A stretch of DNA of 63,752 bases, filler included, from Choristocarpus tenellus KU-1152 (GCA_964200185.2; 11 parts of 11 records of this genome joined end to end with filler, not necessarily neighbours in it); one strand, 5' to 3'. Counted from the whole stretch's first letter, positions 37,101 to 49,795 are shown. Numbers and translations are program-made. The notes: generated from the sequence alone by a model not told the origin.

Positions 37101-38249
37101 ACGCATTTGATACACTCATTTGATACACTCATTTGATACACTCATTTGATACATTCATTTGATACACTCATTTGATACACTCATTTGATACACTCATTTG
37201 ATACACTCATTTGATACACTCATTTGATACACTCATTTGATACACGCATTTGATACACTCATTTGATACACTCATTTGATACATTCATTTGATACACTCA
37301 TTTGATACACTCATTTGATACATTCATTTGGTACACTCATTTGATACACTCATTTGATACACTCATTTGATACATTCATTTGATACACTCATTTGGTACA
37401 CTCATTTGATACACTCTTTTGACTTGAGCGAGTTAAGATAAAAGTAAACATGTTTTGTCATCATCCCAGTCTTAATACAGCAATTACACATTTTGCCAAC
37501 CTCTCTTTATCGAACCCTAACCCTAACCCTAACCAAACTCTCCACATGAACTTATTGTGTCGGTCCAGATACTTTTATTTTTATTACTACAAATATTTTT
37601 TATTTGCAAATATTCATCTTTATATTATCATTATCATTATCATTATTGTCCCTCCAAAAATCAACCTCACCTCAACTGAAGACCCCCCCACACACACACG
37701 CAATCACCATGGCCCTATACCCCCCCCTTGACACTTGCCTTGCTTATACCTCCTAAATCCAAACCCTAACCCTGTAACCCTAACCCTAACCCTAACCCTA
37801 ACCTCCTCTCCCGCAAGGTGCAAAAACACTAACCTTAAACCCCAACACTAACCCTGACCCTGTACCCCTAACCCTAACACTAACCTAGACCCTGCAACCC
37901 TAACCCTAACCTCCTCTCCCGCAAGGTGCAGAAACACTAACCTTAAACCCTAATCCCAACCCCAACCCTAACCCTAACCCTAACCCTAACCCGTCAGAAG
38001 TCGAGGGTGGACTGCAGACCCACGTAGCCTTCCACCAGAGCTTCGGGATCTTCCCGAGGCATTCAAGTCTTCCTTTGGGACACAAACGCCTTCTTGTTCT
38101 GTGGCCACTCCTGCGGCAAAGGGGACCAGGGAGGGAAACGTGGGTGTGGGCGGCCGACTGGGTATGGTCAAAGGCCGGATAGGGGGTATGGTGACAGGTC
38201 TGGTGGGCGTAGCTCCGCAGTCATTGCTGACTAACCAAGAGATGACCAG
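34177..38249 (+). CDS. Coiled-coil protein with possible DysF-like region; exons 34177-34332, 34507-35034, 35376-~35483, (36141-36158?), 36281-36449, 37998-38249; 3' incomplete
   Basis: Splice signals and frame continuity at exons 1-3 and across the 36450-37997 intron (VEAVFEWQGWER/SRGWTADP); phase between exon 3 and 36281 unresolved; DysF call is motif resemblance only. Confidence 0.65.
35745..35782 (+). repeat. Interstitial telomeric (TTAGGG)n in an intron
   Basis: About 6 perfect units. Confidence 0.95.
36024..36133. repeat. 14-bp minisatellite TACTATGTGTCA(C/T)(A/G)
   Basis: About 8 units visible. Confidence 0.92.
36471..36903 (+). repeat. Clusters of (TTAGGG)n at the intron 5' end, including a ~90-bp tandem duplication
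   Basis: GGGTTA tracts flanking ACAG.GACAGACTTTCAAGA.GTAGGCCTCTCATTTGG...GGGGTACTTAGGG twice. Confidence 0.92.
37052..37416. repeat. 13-bp minisatellite CATTTGATACACT
   Basis: More than 25 near-perfect units. Confidence 0.97.
37513..37992 (-). repeat. Clusters of (CCCTAA)n at the intron 3' end, including a ~108-bp duplication
   Basis: CCCTAA tracts run to within 6 nt of the CAG acceptor; CTCCTCTCCCGCAAGGTGCA.AAACACTAACCTTAAACCC twice. Confidence 0.92.
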
Positions 38250-38261
38250 GTTAGTGGAAGT

Positions 38262-38413
38262 AAAGGAAAGGAAAGGAAAGGAAAGGAAAGGAAAGGAAAG
38301 GAAAGGAAAGGAAAGGAAAGGAAAGGAAAGGAAAGGAAAGGAAAGGAAAGGAAAGGAAAGGAAAGGAAAGGAAAGGAAAGGAAAGGAAAGGAAAGGAAAG
38401 GAAAGGAAAGGAA
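38262..38413. repeat. (GGAAA)n microsatellite
   Basis: About 30 perfect units up to the contig end. Confidence 0.98.
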
Positions 38414-38513
38414 NNNNNNNNNNNNNNNNNNNNNNNNNNNNNNNNNNNNNNNNNNNNTTAATTAATTAANNNNNNNNNNNNNNNNNNNNNNNNNNNNNNN
38501 NNNNNNNNNNNNN

Positions 38514-38583
38514 AAAAAAGGTTGTTTGGCCGAAACGGACGCCCCCTCACAAACCACCCCCCCCCCCCAAGATACTTTGACCC
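38514..38583 (-). mobile_element. Type-B element end (contig start)
   Basis: TTGGCCGAAACGGACGCCCCCTCACAAAC.ACCCCCC..AGATACTTTGACCC is the reverse complement of 40642-40700. Confidence 0.85.
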
Positions 38584-38756
38584 ATGGTTTCAGCTTATCT
38601 GTATCGTGTAGAAGATCGTGTAGGAACGCCTGATAGACGAAGGTCTTCTCGGCCAGTTGAGCTGCACTCCACCAATCTGTTTACAATGCGGGGAAATAGC
38701 AACTGTGATCCCTTGTGTGATGCTCTGTTCTTTCCCAGCCAGTACAGATCGACCTT

Positions 38757-40466
38757 TTGAGTACTTTGCTCTCTCCCTGCATATACTCTCGTCTTCCTCA
38801 GAGCTTCAGGAAGTGTCAGCTTGTGCACGCCAGAGATGCTCGCCTCTTTGCAGTAGTCGCTGTGGTTGTCGCCCTGATCATGGCCCTGAGCTCAGCATCA
38901 TTCTGGAATACGATATCTGTTACTGGGGGCAAGTATTTTATGGCTTTTTCGTTGCTAATCCTATTCTGCAGGTTGCTTTCCACCGTGTTGTTGACGTAAG
39001 ACTGGGAAGCACGATCTTCTGATCTGCTAAAATATCTTCTGCCTAACACATGCTACTGCACTTCAGGTTGACCATGACCATTGCCTTCTCGCCACTCTCC
39101 ACTACATTCGTTTTTGCCGCCCTTTCACGTCTCCTTGTACTACTTACTACTCAGGCTCCTATTGGGTGGGAAATGCTGATGGGGTGAGTTACCTGTGTTC
39201 GTCTTGGTGCGGACATACTAATTATGTATTCCAGTAACAGCCCAACAAAGAGAGAATATCTGCTATATAACCAGCAATTGTGTGGTATCTTCAGCGATCC
39301 TCAATTGAAGTGGACACGAACCTGAACATTTATGCTGGAGTTTTAAATTTGTGTCAAGATTCTTGTGTAACCTCATTATTTCTTGAAACCCCGTTGATGT
39401 GGTTGCAGACCTGCTCCCCAAAAACCTCCCGTTTCAAGAAAATCGAAAATGGTAGTTCAGATCTAAAGAAATCACTCAAAGAGCTTGATTTTTTTTTGGC
39501 ATTTACACCCAATGGAGTTGAGTCGTAATTGTTCAACAACCAAAAAATAATCAAGGAAAACGATGAGTTTTGAACACAATTTAGAATGCAAAACAAAACT
39601 AGATATGGTGAACCACATAGAATTGGGATGTCATCTCTATAGTATGGGGTCACGAAATCAGAAACAAAAACAATTTCGGTAAATAATCAGGGTACATATA
39701 CTGATACCCCCTCATAGCATTTTGATGTTCTTTAAGAGCACAAACATCACTTCACTAATTCGACCATATAGGTCCAAGAGTAAGAAGAGAGGTAGATTTC
39801 ATGGTCCATACATGGTGCAAAAAACAATTTGGAACCATCAAAAGTATAAGTAGTTGCTGTCATTGAGCCATTAGGATGTCTGCCCTGCTACCTCTTGTCC
39901 CCCCTTCGTTATATTGCTATTATTGTTGATATTGGTAGTTTTCCCATGATGTGCCTCCAAGTGATTTGCTTTCACCTGCAACAGCTAAAGAGTTGCTTTG
40001 CATTGACCTTATTTTGAGCCCCATACGTCTTGAAAAGTAGTTATGAACATGTCTTGAACCTAACACATTATTGTACCACACGTGGACTGGTGTGGATGAT
40101 CTTTCACCATTTTCCTTGCAGAGACACACAGAGTGGATTAATATGTCTTTCTCCATAACCCAAACTTGTTGTGGGTTAATAATGGCACCAATCCTCCTCT
40201 GGATTGGACTCTTCCGGAAGAAGGAGTTGTGCAAGTGCTGTGAACTGAAGATCGTCAAAATATACTTCGTTCTTGCAGTTGTGGGGACATCAATTTACAT
40301 CTACAACTTTGCAACTTCCAGATTTGACAGCGACTCTACCAAAGACACAGCAAACCTGGTTGTCATAGAATGGTGTTCTAGATATGTTCACATTTGCCTC
40401 GACACCCTGGTGTTCTTGTCATCTGTTTGGAATTACTCACCAGCAACTCCTGTAGGGGATGGCTAA
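38757..40466 (+). CDS. Multi-pass membrane protein of unknown family, possibly a pseudogene (exons ~38757-38995, 39067-39183, ~40122-40466)
   Basis: Successive hydrophobic segments; AC|GTAAG...CAG|G keeps frame; last acceptor and 3' end are uncertain; a MITE lies at 40642. Confidence 0.4.
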
Positions 40467-40641
40467 TATTCCAGAGGGATTTCCACCAGGTTGGACAAGT
40501 GTCCTATTCGTAAGGGAGCACTTTTGTTCACCTCTTGATCTCTCTATATGTGTTTTCATGTTGGCCTTACACGATGGTTGGGTCCTACGTACTTCTGTGG
40601 CTTGCTTTGAACATTGTAATTGAAAGGGTTGAAGGTAGGGA

Positions 40642-40835
40642 GGGTCAAAGTATCTGGGGGGGGGTGGTAGTTTGTGAGGGGGCGTCCGTTTCGGCCAAAG
40701 AGCTCTTTTTATTGCTGACATTTCAAATCCGACACATGCGACNNNNNNNNNNATGCGACCAAATCACACCAAAAAAGTGAAAATCGAAAAAGGGTGAAAA
40801 ACGGACGCCGACACCCCCTTTAGATACTTTGATCC
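40642..40835 (+). mobile_element. MITE body type B, both termini (internal N gap)
   Basis: GGGTCAAAGTATCTGGGG ... CCCCTTTAGATACTTTGATCC; shares ATCCGACACATGC.ACCAAATCAC with type A. Confidence 0.88.
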
Positions 40836-42149
40836 TAGGTCTTTTTCTTGATTGTAAATATTTTTAGTACAATTTGCATTGTGAACTTCAGAAGAATATA
40901 CTCCATTTAGTACTTTTTATTTTTTGCAATTTGTTACAATTTGTAAGAGAGCTTTTCTCCAGTGGTAGGTAAGGATATATGGCATGATTATGATATCTTG
41001 TCATTTCATTTGAGAATGACCCACCAGTGGTGATTGTAATATTGACCGAGTTCCAATCAGTATGGCGATAGGTTGTACACGGTTGGACAAAATCGTGATT
41101 ATTTGGCACATATATAGGCACATGCAATTCTTTGTTGACGGGCACAGGGGAACCTCCTCTTCTTCGAGAGCCGCCACTGTAATACCTTTTTTCACTTTCT
41201 CGCACGCTTTTTCGAAAACATATCCCTAACCCTAACTTTTACGAGAAACATCCCTAAACCCATCAAGGAAACGTTCTGGGATAAGTTTCAAACCTATGTG
41301 CAGCAGTACAGTATGCATTGAGGAGCCACCACCTCTCAAGGATCCACCACTTATCTCTTTTTCACCTTTTCACACAAATATTTGAAAACTTACCCTATCT
41401 TTTAACTCTAAACCTGACCTGTGTGTGAAGAATAACCCCAACCTTCGATTGAAGAATTGAAGAAAGTGTTACAGCAATGACTGCCCAAGGCGGGAGTTCC
41501 CCCGTGCACGTCATTGTTGTTGGTGTATGAGCCTCAAATTTCCTTAATGTGGAAACAGTACATTAAAACACCATATTTTCACACTTTAACTTTGGACTTT
41601 TTCTCATATATATGATGATCTTTTCGTTCCTTATACTGGACCAAAATGGAGGTAGTATAACAGGCATTAAATTACAGAGTTGTGCATTGTGAATTGCGAT
41701 GAATAAATCTTGTCTACTTATCCAATCAAAGAATTATTGAGGTCGTGATGGAACTTTTTCGACTACTCTATTTTATTGTGCACATACCTACCCCCACACT
41801 TTCAATATATATTTTTTGATACTCGGCACTTCTCGCTCCTCGGTTCAATCGAGTTAATCGAATCATTTCGACTCGATTGATGAAGCAACTATTACGAAAT
41901 AGCGATTTCTGTTCACCACAACACAATTTCTTAATACTAGCAACCAACATTTTCCCGTAATTTATCGTGTAATACCGGAGTATTATGTATGTTCTACACA
42001 ACCCTGTGCTTCACAGAAGAAGACATTGGTGTACTTGCCACGATATGTGTACAAGTAGTATACCTTATCACACTCCAGAGTACAATGCTGCTGTCCCCCC
42101 AAAACAAAATTCTCTCCACGATGTTCAACTACCTATTGTTACCTCCATT

Positions 42150-42336
42150 GTACCAAAGTATCTTAGAGGGTACAGCCGCGTCCATTTGGGGCCAAAATCC
42201 AATGTTGTGATTTTGATGTATGTGGCTATCGTGTTTGTTAGGAAGTTTCAATATCCTTGTTCCGGACATAGCTTTTCATAACGTATATTTTGGAGTGGGA
42301 AAATGTCATAACAACCCCTCTAAGATACTTTCACTA
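42150..42336 (+). mobile_element. MITE body type C, internally deleted
   Basis: GTACCAAAGTATCTTAGAGGG ... CCCTCTAAGATACTTTCACTA; ATT on both flanks. Confidence 0.88.
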
Positions 42337-42359
42337 ATTTGCACCCACCTCAACCTGTG

Positions 42360-43090
42360 ATATCCCTATTACCAACTTTTGGCCCCTCTTGCCCACATTA
42401 TTGGTCCCGAATGCTGACATTTGATCCCTAACATCATCGTTGTTGGTCTCCAATTCAAAAGCTTGATCTCAAATCCCAATTTTGGTCTCTGTTAAGATGT
42501 TTCGATTAGAACTACTAACCTAAGCTCACGAACACCACTTTCTTCCCAGATACCAACTTTTGGTCCCTATTTCGAACGTTTGTTACCTCCAGTTGCTACT
42601 ACCAGTGTTGGACCCCTAACGAAATATTTTGGTCCCATCTACCAACGTTTGGTCCGTTATACTTGGGTACTAACATCCCTAATATCAATGTTTGGTCCCA
42701 CGTATCAACATTTGTCAGTTATAACAATGTTTGGTACCTAATACCATGGTTTGATACCAAATTCCAATTATTGGTCAGTAATTCCAACGTTTGGTCCCTA
42801 CTATCATCTTGTTGTCTCTACAGTTAGGTCCTGGTCCCTACCTAGTACAAACGTTCCTAACACTACTTTGATCTGTGATACCTATGTTTTTTGTCTACTA
42901 CCATTTTCTGCTCCCTACTACAAAGTCTTTATCACTAATAAAAAGTTTGATCCCTACTACTAAAGATCGGTCCGTTATAGGCACGTACCAACATTTCGTC
43001 CCTAAATACAACAGTTGGCCCCAAATATATAATAGCAATGATTGGTTCCCAATTTAACCGTTTGGTCCTAAAACAAATGTTTCCTTCCTA
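42360..43090. repeat. Degenerate 20-bp satellite, consensus approx. CCCTA(A/C)TACCAACGTTTGGT
   Basis: TTGGTCCC / TTTGATCC anchors recur at ~20-nt spacing over ~730 nt. Confidence 0.8.
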
Positions 43091-43461
43091 ACTACTACAA
43101 AAAATAAATTATATTATTATTTCTATAATAGTATTAACATTTAATTCATTATTTGCGGGATCCTGGACGAGTGTTTGAAAGGTAGTATAAAGAATTCAAT
43201 AAACAATCGACCAAATTAAGAAAACAAAGCAAGGACAAAGGATAGAGAAGAAAAGGAAGAATATAGCTCTTTCGAGAAAAGGAGAAAGAAAAAAAGACCA
43301 ATTGGTACAAGAAAACTGAAGAAAATACGATGAGAAAACAACAGTCAGCTCTGAAAGTGATGGTGGTTATGGTGATGTCGGGGACTTGGGCGACCTTAGC
43401 TGCTACTTTGGTGTGACGTACATTAGCTAGCATAGCTTCTTTAGTATGCTACTCTACTATG

Positions 43462-43717
43462 GAGTCAAAGCATCTCAGAGGGCAGAGCCACGTCCGTTTG
43501 GGGGCCAAAATCCAATGTTGCAAATTTGGTGTAAATTTGGCTATCGTTTTTGTTAGGAAGTGTCAATATCCTTGTTCCTGATACACCTTTTCATAACGTA
43601 TACATTTTACCTACTCCGAAACTTCGAAATAGGAAAAAGTCATAAAAAACCCTTGGGAAGTCAAGTCCCAAATGGACAAAGAGGGCAAAACTCGTAACCT
43701 TTAAGATACTTTCACTC
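43462..43717 (+). mobile_element. MITE body type C, complete
   Basis: GAGTCAAAGCATCTCAGAGGG ... CCTTTAAGATACTTTCACTC. Confidence 0.9.
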
Positions 43718-44185
43718 ATTGTTAAGCTGTCCTTGACGATCTGTTGTCCCACACAACTAGTTATATTATTGTTTATTAGCTTGTACCACAGTTTTGAGAA
43801 GAGAGTGAGATACCTTCACTAGGTGGGGCTCACCAGTCCTTACATTGAGTGACTCAGAATACCAAATGACTCAACGTTTCTCTCGTACACGTCAGAAACA
43901 CTCCGACTCTAATAGTCCGCCGATTCTTCTGGTCAAATACCCCCCCCGCCTAAACATCCCGATTTCCCGCATTATCTTCTGTGCGTACATAAAATAATAC
44001 TTCAAATCATATTCTCACAAATGGTCAAGCATAACCTTGACAACCCGTCTATGAGTAAATATCAACACAATATCCAAAGGTGAGGCAGCACACGTACACC
44101 TAAAAGGAAGGTCACAGGCATAATACCCAATTGTAATAAAAATTGCAAAATGAACCCTGCCTCGACAACACACGTCCGACCTCTA

Positions 44186-44819
44186 CTATGATATATAGGA
44201 AAGGATGTCCACGGGAGGCATGATGTCTCGGACGGATGAAGGGAGGGGGTGACACACAACTACGAATTTCGAGAAGATGGTAGTGCGTCCGACTCGCTGC
44301 AGCCTCTGTTGCATATTACGGTCATATGGGACTGGTCTCCAGAACCAGGATCTCGGCTCCGCGTTAGGCTCCGTGCTGTATTGTTGTTGAAGAAGCTGAA
44401 TATTTCGCAGCTCATCATTCTCCCATTTGACCTCATAGGGGTAGCTGAGTCGCTCCTCTCCCACTGGCTCCATATGGTAGGGCTGGTATTTGGTGACGGT
44501 TCCTCGCATCCACTGCTCGTCCATCCGAAAGTACAGTCCCCTGCCCTTGGCTCTTGAATGAAGTGTCCCTTCCCCGTCCAAAACTGGCACAACCCTCAAT
44601 GATGGTTCGAGGAGGATGTATGTCCCGGTATCCTTCTCCTCCTCTCTACGGTTCGCCTGTAGAGTCATCCGCGCCTTGCATTTGCTGGCACGCTGGGCTG
44701 CAGTCTTATCGCGGTCTCTTTTCTCCTTCTCCTTTAGTTGTTGGACCCCCTCCTCGATCTCGTCCTCTGTCATGAATGACCTCAGCTCAGGTGGCAAGGA
44801 GATCTCACCATGCACACCT
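44186..44819 (-). CDS. Terminal exon of an unknown protein with a Tudor/SH3-like aromatic pattern
   Basis: 214-codon ORF, GC-richer than flanks; charged helix then YFRMDEQWMRGTV...YEVKWENDE...L...Y...SW. Confidence 0.45.
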
Positions 44820-45346
44820 TGGTAACACACAGAGTAGATACATGTGTTGATCTATCCCACACTGGACCCGCGGCTTTTATGATGCTTAATGAAGGACAAA
44901 GAACAGCTTGGTGTAGATGAACAATGTTAGAAATACAAGGGCATTGGTCTCGATTCCGCTGACTAAGCGTGTGGGTGAGACTAGCCTTAACTACCATCAT
45001 TACTGTATAGTTTGGGGTTTGTAATCGTCCACACTAAGTTACTATGAATTACTTATTTACTTATCTTAAGTATAGGAAGTGTATCTTGAACATGATATAA
45101 ACCAATCAACACTATGAGTCAGTACATATAATATATCTGTCACTGGCTTTCTACCCTATCACATAATCCACCAGTGGTTTNNNNNNNNNNAGAATCTACT
45201 TCTCTGAAAACTTGAAGAAAAAAACAAACTTCTGCTAACTTGCTCAAAACCAAAGCCATAAATATTCCCTAATATCAATGTTGACATTGGGTCTGTGTAG
45301 GTACAAAAACTCAGTTGTCAATTCTAAACTGTCATCCTACTGCAGC

Positions 45347-45655
45347 CTCCAGTGGAAACATTGTGGGTTACTTTCTCCTTCAAGTCCTTGGCGATGTCCC
45401 ATTGCGTCTCCCACAATCCATAAAATGGCAGGGTCCTTAGCAATACATCCAGCGTCTCCTACAATCAACGAAACCTCCCTAGTACATCACTACTGCAGAT
45501 CATCAGAACACAGATCCTACCTCATATCTACTTCCCTATTGTAGTCTCCAGTGGAAACATTATGGGGTACTTTCTCCTGCAAGTCCTTAGCGATGTCCCA
45601 TTGCATCTCCTACAATCTATGAAATGGCAAGGTCCTTAGCAATAGACCCAACGTA
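45347..45655. repeat. Direct repeat of ~110 bp at 200-bp spacing
   Basis: CTCCAGTGGAAACATT.TGGG.TACTTTCTCCT.CAAGTCCTT.GCGATGTCCCATTG at 45347 and 45547. Confidence 0.88.
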
Positions 45656-45770
45656 TCTGGGAGGGGNNNNNNNNNNNNNNNNNNNNNNNNNNNNNNNNNN
45701 NNNNNNNNNNTTAATTAATTAANNNNNNNNNNNNNNNNNNNNNNNNNNNNNNNNNNNNNNNNNNNNACAA

Positions 45771-45816
45771 CCTGGTGTAGACCCCCGCCCCCCGCCCCCC
45801 CACGATACTTTAGGTC
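45771..45816 (-). mobile_element. Type-A MITE end at contig start
   Basis: CCTGGTGTAGAC+C-tract+GATACTTTAGGTC. Confidence 0.75.
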
Positions 45817-45877
45817 TCATGTACTTCAACCAAAAACACTACCGATCAACAATATTGACAAGGAAAAACAGCCTGCA

Positions 45878-48335
45878 TCACTTCGTGGTGGTATTGGAGC
45901 AGCATGGAGTGCCCGAGCTGGATGGCAACACAACATCCTTCATGGGTTCCATTGCTCTGTGCTTTCGCTCTTGACGTAGGAAGAACAGGTGTCCAGTTGT
46001 GAGGCCAGCAATAATGCAGATCAGGATGATGTATTCATAGAGCATCACCAGGAGCATAAGTGCATATGCAATTAGCATCTGCAATGCAAAACCTGCAGCT
46101 TGAGTAATGTCTTGAACCCATGGAGAAACAGTGGACGAACCTGTCAAGGCCCTCTTGGTTAATCGGTCCCGGCCATACCTGCACATGGTACATGTGAGAG
46201 GTAAAGGGGGAAGGGCGTGTTAGCAGAGCGAAACAACGTTGCATGCATTGCATGAAATGTGAACAAATGTCGCAAGATATTTGCTTATCAAACACCTCTT
46301 GGTTCAACACGAAGCGGTCACGACTGAACCCTAGTTAACTCAGAAGTCATCTGCTTGACGTAGATGTGTTCCGTAGAGAACAGGAGAGAACAGGAGAGAC
46401 GAGGACGGTTACTTTCTGAATAAAATATGCTGATCTCTAACTTCCCTTGCTTGAAAGAAACCAAGAATAAAAACACACATTCAAAAGACCCCAGAACTGG
46501 ACTTACGGAGCAGATGATCCACAACGCGTTGGTGTCTAGATGTGCACGCAAGAGTTACTAATCACAGCTACATTATGTGGGGAACCTTTGATTTGGTAGA
46601 CTGGCAACTCATAGCATATAGTTGCTCTTTCGATTTGCAAGTCATGCTATTATACATACTACTCATTCTACAGGATCATGAGTTTCACTCGCAAAATGTC
46701 TCGTAACACTATGTCAGAAAATTAGCACTTCAAGTCCGTGTGTAATGCCGAAATTCTCAGTACTCTAAAATAGAGAGTGTTATGGGTAGAAAGGTATGGT
46801 GAGTACATATTTGGTTAGCTCAACAAATTTATATGTCATCGATTAGAATTTGAACTTGTCTGCAGTGGGAGTAGCGACACAGACGGAGAGGGTAGCATAC
46901 CATGTGACAAATTCTCCAAGTATAATACCTGGATTTTCAACATCAGGTATCATTGACCCAATTTTTCATTCAAAATCATAGACCCCTACCCTGCCAGTTT
47001 CATTTTGATGAATCTAAACTGATAGCATTCAAGTTTCGGTCCAAAACATGAAGTTGATTGCCCAGCCATCTTCAGCTCATGCATCATGCTTGAGGCAAGC
47101 ACCGCCAGCGTCAGGTTCTAGGACTCAGTAGAGGGTTTGAACCGTATGTGGTGGTCAATATATATTCAGGAGGGTACTAGTGAATAATTATACTCTTCCT
47201 AGGTTATCAGGGAATGCTGACTTAGGGTGTTAATCAAAAGAGACCTCCGATACTGCACACAAAGTCTTCGTTGACTTGGCCAAAGGTTGAGAGGATACTT
47301 TCATCATCTCTTGATAGGTTGGTTCATTTCAATGTTTTCATGAATCATCAAGTTAGTGACAAGTCCCTGAAGAACAGAGAGAGCTTTGTCAAGGGTGTCC
47401 TTGTGCCCTGGACTGCAAACGCACTTCACCGTTCGGTAGTCATGCGTCGCACTTTGTTAGAAGTAGTAATTGATTAGTTCTGGTGCCTTGTAGCAGAAGG
47501 AAATTCCGTAATGCGAGGCTCAGAGAGTTGAGGGGAAGGGGGAAGGCGAGAATTACAGTTCTGGACGTCCCTTGACGTTACTCGTCAGTGATGGAACAAG
47601 TAATGATCTACTCCGGGTGGATCATTTCTGCGGCGGGTACATCAGAGGAACGCAAACACGCACATCTAAACCCGTTTTTACTTCAAGATCGTACCTGGAC
47701 CCAGACACTGGAATTCATCCCTTGCTGTCCACTTACAACGTGTAAAAACAAAATGCAATGGTCCGAGAACACAGTTGGACCGAGACAAGGGAATTTTCTT
47801 TTCTGGCGATGTTAAAGAGACCAACCTCGTGGATAAGCACAACAGACAAAGGATTCTAGACACTCACCGAATGGCCTCGTTTGCTACTCCTAGCAGGAAT
47901 ACGCCAATTAGGACGCCGATGTACTTTCCAATAGTATCGACGACAGCATTCTCGAACAAAAATAAGACACACCGTGTCTCCCCATCGAACGGACCCTGAT
48001 AAAAGTAGAAGGAAGGAACGAAATATCGAGGAAGGGTGGGTATGGAGGACGTGATTGTGCTGAGCATGATATTGATGCTTAGGTGTTTAATGGAGGGACT
48101 TGAGAGGTATAAGAGTATGGAAAATATTAATTGCATTAGCCACATGACAGTCGTGATTTTCACCCAACCAAGGGTAGGTCCACCTCACCCAAAGAGCAAG
48201 CAACTGAACGGTTTGTACCTGCCAACCGTTAAGCATCACGGCTCCATTGCCCTCGCAAAAAGAATCGCCCATGTCCATGTTCATGGTGTTACTCATGGAG
48301 TGTTCGTTCTCGGTACTGCTGTGCATGTGACTCAT
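45878..48335 (-). CDS. CTR: Ctr/COPT-family copper transporter, complete, 181 aa; exons 48335-48219, 47995-47868, 46178-45878
   Basis: His/Met-rich N-terminus (MSHMHS..EHSMSNTMNMDM), three TM segments, MLLVM (MxxxM) and GLTTG (GxxxG); exon phases join exactly (546 nt). Confidence 0.93.
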
Positions 48336-49398
48336 GGTTGTCTCTCTATCTCTCTGTCGTTTCTGAAGGCAAACTCCTGTTGTGTCTGGTGGTGCTGTCG
48401 TTTATGTGAATGAGTTGTGTTAGGGTGATCTTGGTATGTGGTTAACAAAAATCGACAATCTGTAATGTGGTCGTGTGCACAAAAATACAGTAGAGTACGT
48501 AAAATAGTCTGGGTTTTTTTCCAGGAGTTACAAATCTAATTGAATTTAGTTTAGAAGTGATACTTCAGTGTGCTCTGATTGGTCGATAATGAGGTTTGGC
48601 CTTTCGTTAAAAGATCTGCAAAATACCAAACAAATAATTGTACTATAATAATACGAGAATACAATGAATGGATAATAAACACAAATCATTCCTTCAAAAA
48701 GTGTCGTAGACCATCATCAAAAATACACGGAACGACATAAAGGTTTCGTTTGTGGGATAATCACTAAAAAATCGGATAGTAGTAGTAAGTTACAACATAT
48801 GATTGTTGATGGTGAACATTTCACTCCTCTTTCTTGTATGCTATTTCTTGTATGCTATCGCTTGTACGAGATGATATTACTATTTACATATATATTTTTG
48901 TTGATATTTATTGAATCTACGTTTTGGTGGAAACATGTCAAAGACGTCATCGTATGTACCATATCTAATGTATTTTGTAGTAGAGAATGACTTGGCACAA
49001 GGACAATCGCACACCTGTTGAAGCCGCGAGTAGTGCCGTGGTGCAACCATTTTCAACATCACTGTTCATTCCTTGTGGATTGCCTGCCCGTACGTGAGGC
49101 TTACGCAGGTCATTGGCAAGCTCGCATGTGCCATTCCAAGTAGCACAACAGATCGTAAAATTGTACTATCCTCTTCTGCTATCCCACACAAACACGCCAG
49201 ATTATGATCAAAATGGGAACTTCGGGGCAGATCCAGCAGAAGATTCCATGGAGGAGATGGACCGACGAGGGGTGGGAGTGTTGCACCTATCTTGCGAGAA
49301 GCAAGGCAGGAGCGGACAAAGTACAATTTGCCGTAGTGGAAGATTTAGTAGGTAGTATGAGAAGTAGGGCAGTGTTGTGAATCTGACCACGGGTAGGA

Positions 49399-49459
49399 GA
49401 CTCAAAGTATCTGGGGGGGGGGTGTTCGATTAGACTCTTCCAACTCTATCGGACAGTTC
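49399..49459 (+). mobile_element. Left TIR of the shared-terminus family, followed at 49423 by a second repeat
   Basis: GACTCAAAGTATCT+G-run, then TGTTCGATTAGACTCTTCCAACTCTATCGGAC, identical to 2380-2411. Confidence 0.75.
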
Positions 49460-49795
49460 NNNNNNNNNNNNNNNNNNNNNNNNNNNNNNNNNNNNNNNNN
49501 NNNTTAATTAATTAANNNNNNNNNNNNNNNNNNNNNNNNNNNNNNNNNNNNNNNNNNNNCCCCCAGATACTTTGGGTCAATTAAGAAATATTTGATATTT
49601 TTGTGGCTTGGCCAGACTGCAGCTGAAGGTGATGTTTTGGTAATGTCATGTTTAGACATAATGGCGTGGTATTGTTTTCCACCTATCTCGCGCAAAAGGT
49701 TTCCAAGCACGTGTATACACGTCCTCAGCTTTCTCATTTTATGTTGTGGAATCGCCTGTGTGCTAATGACTTAAATGACAATACATACAACAAAT

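Noticed and set aside
37052-37416. Possible CRISPR-like arrays (also 42360-43090 and 61-2378)
   Set aside because: Head-to-tail repeats with no unique spacers and no cas-like genes
35745-37992. True telomere or chromosome end-to-end fusion site
   Set aside because: Short interrupted tracts inside introns of a gene whose exons stay in frame across them
38101-38469. ORF with (ERKGK)n tail; also TLTLTL, CVTYYV and poly-P/G/N ORFs
   Set aside because: Translations of micro- and minisatellites beyond splice donors
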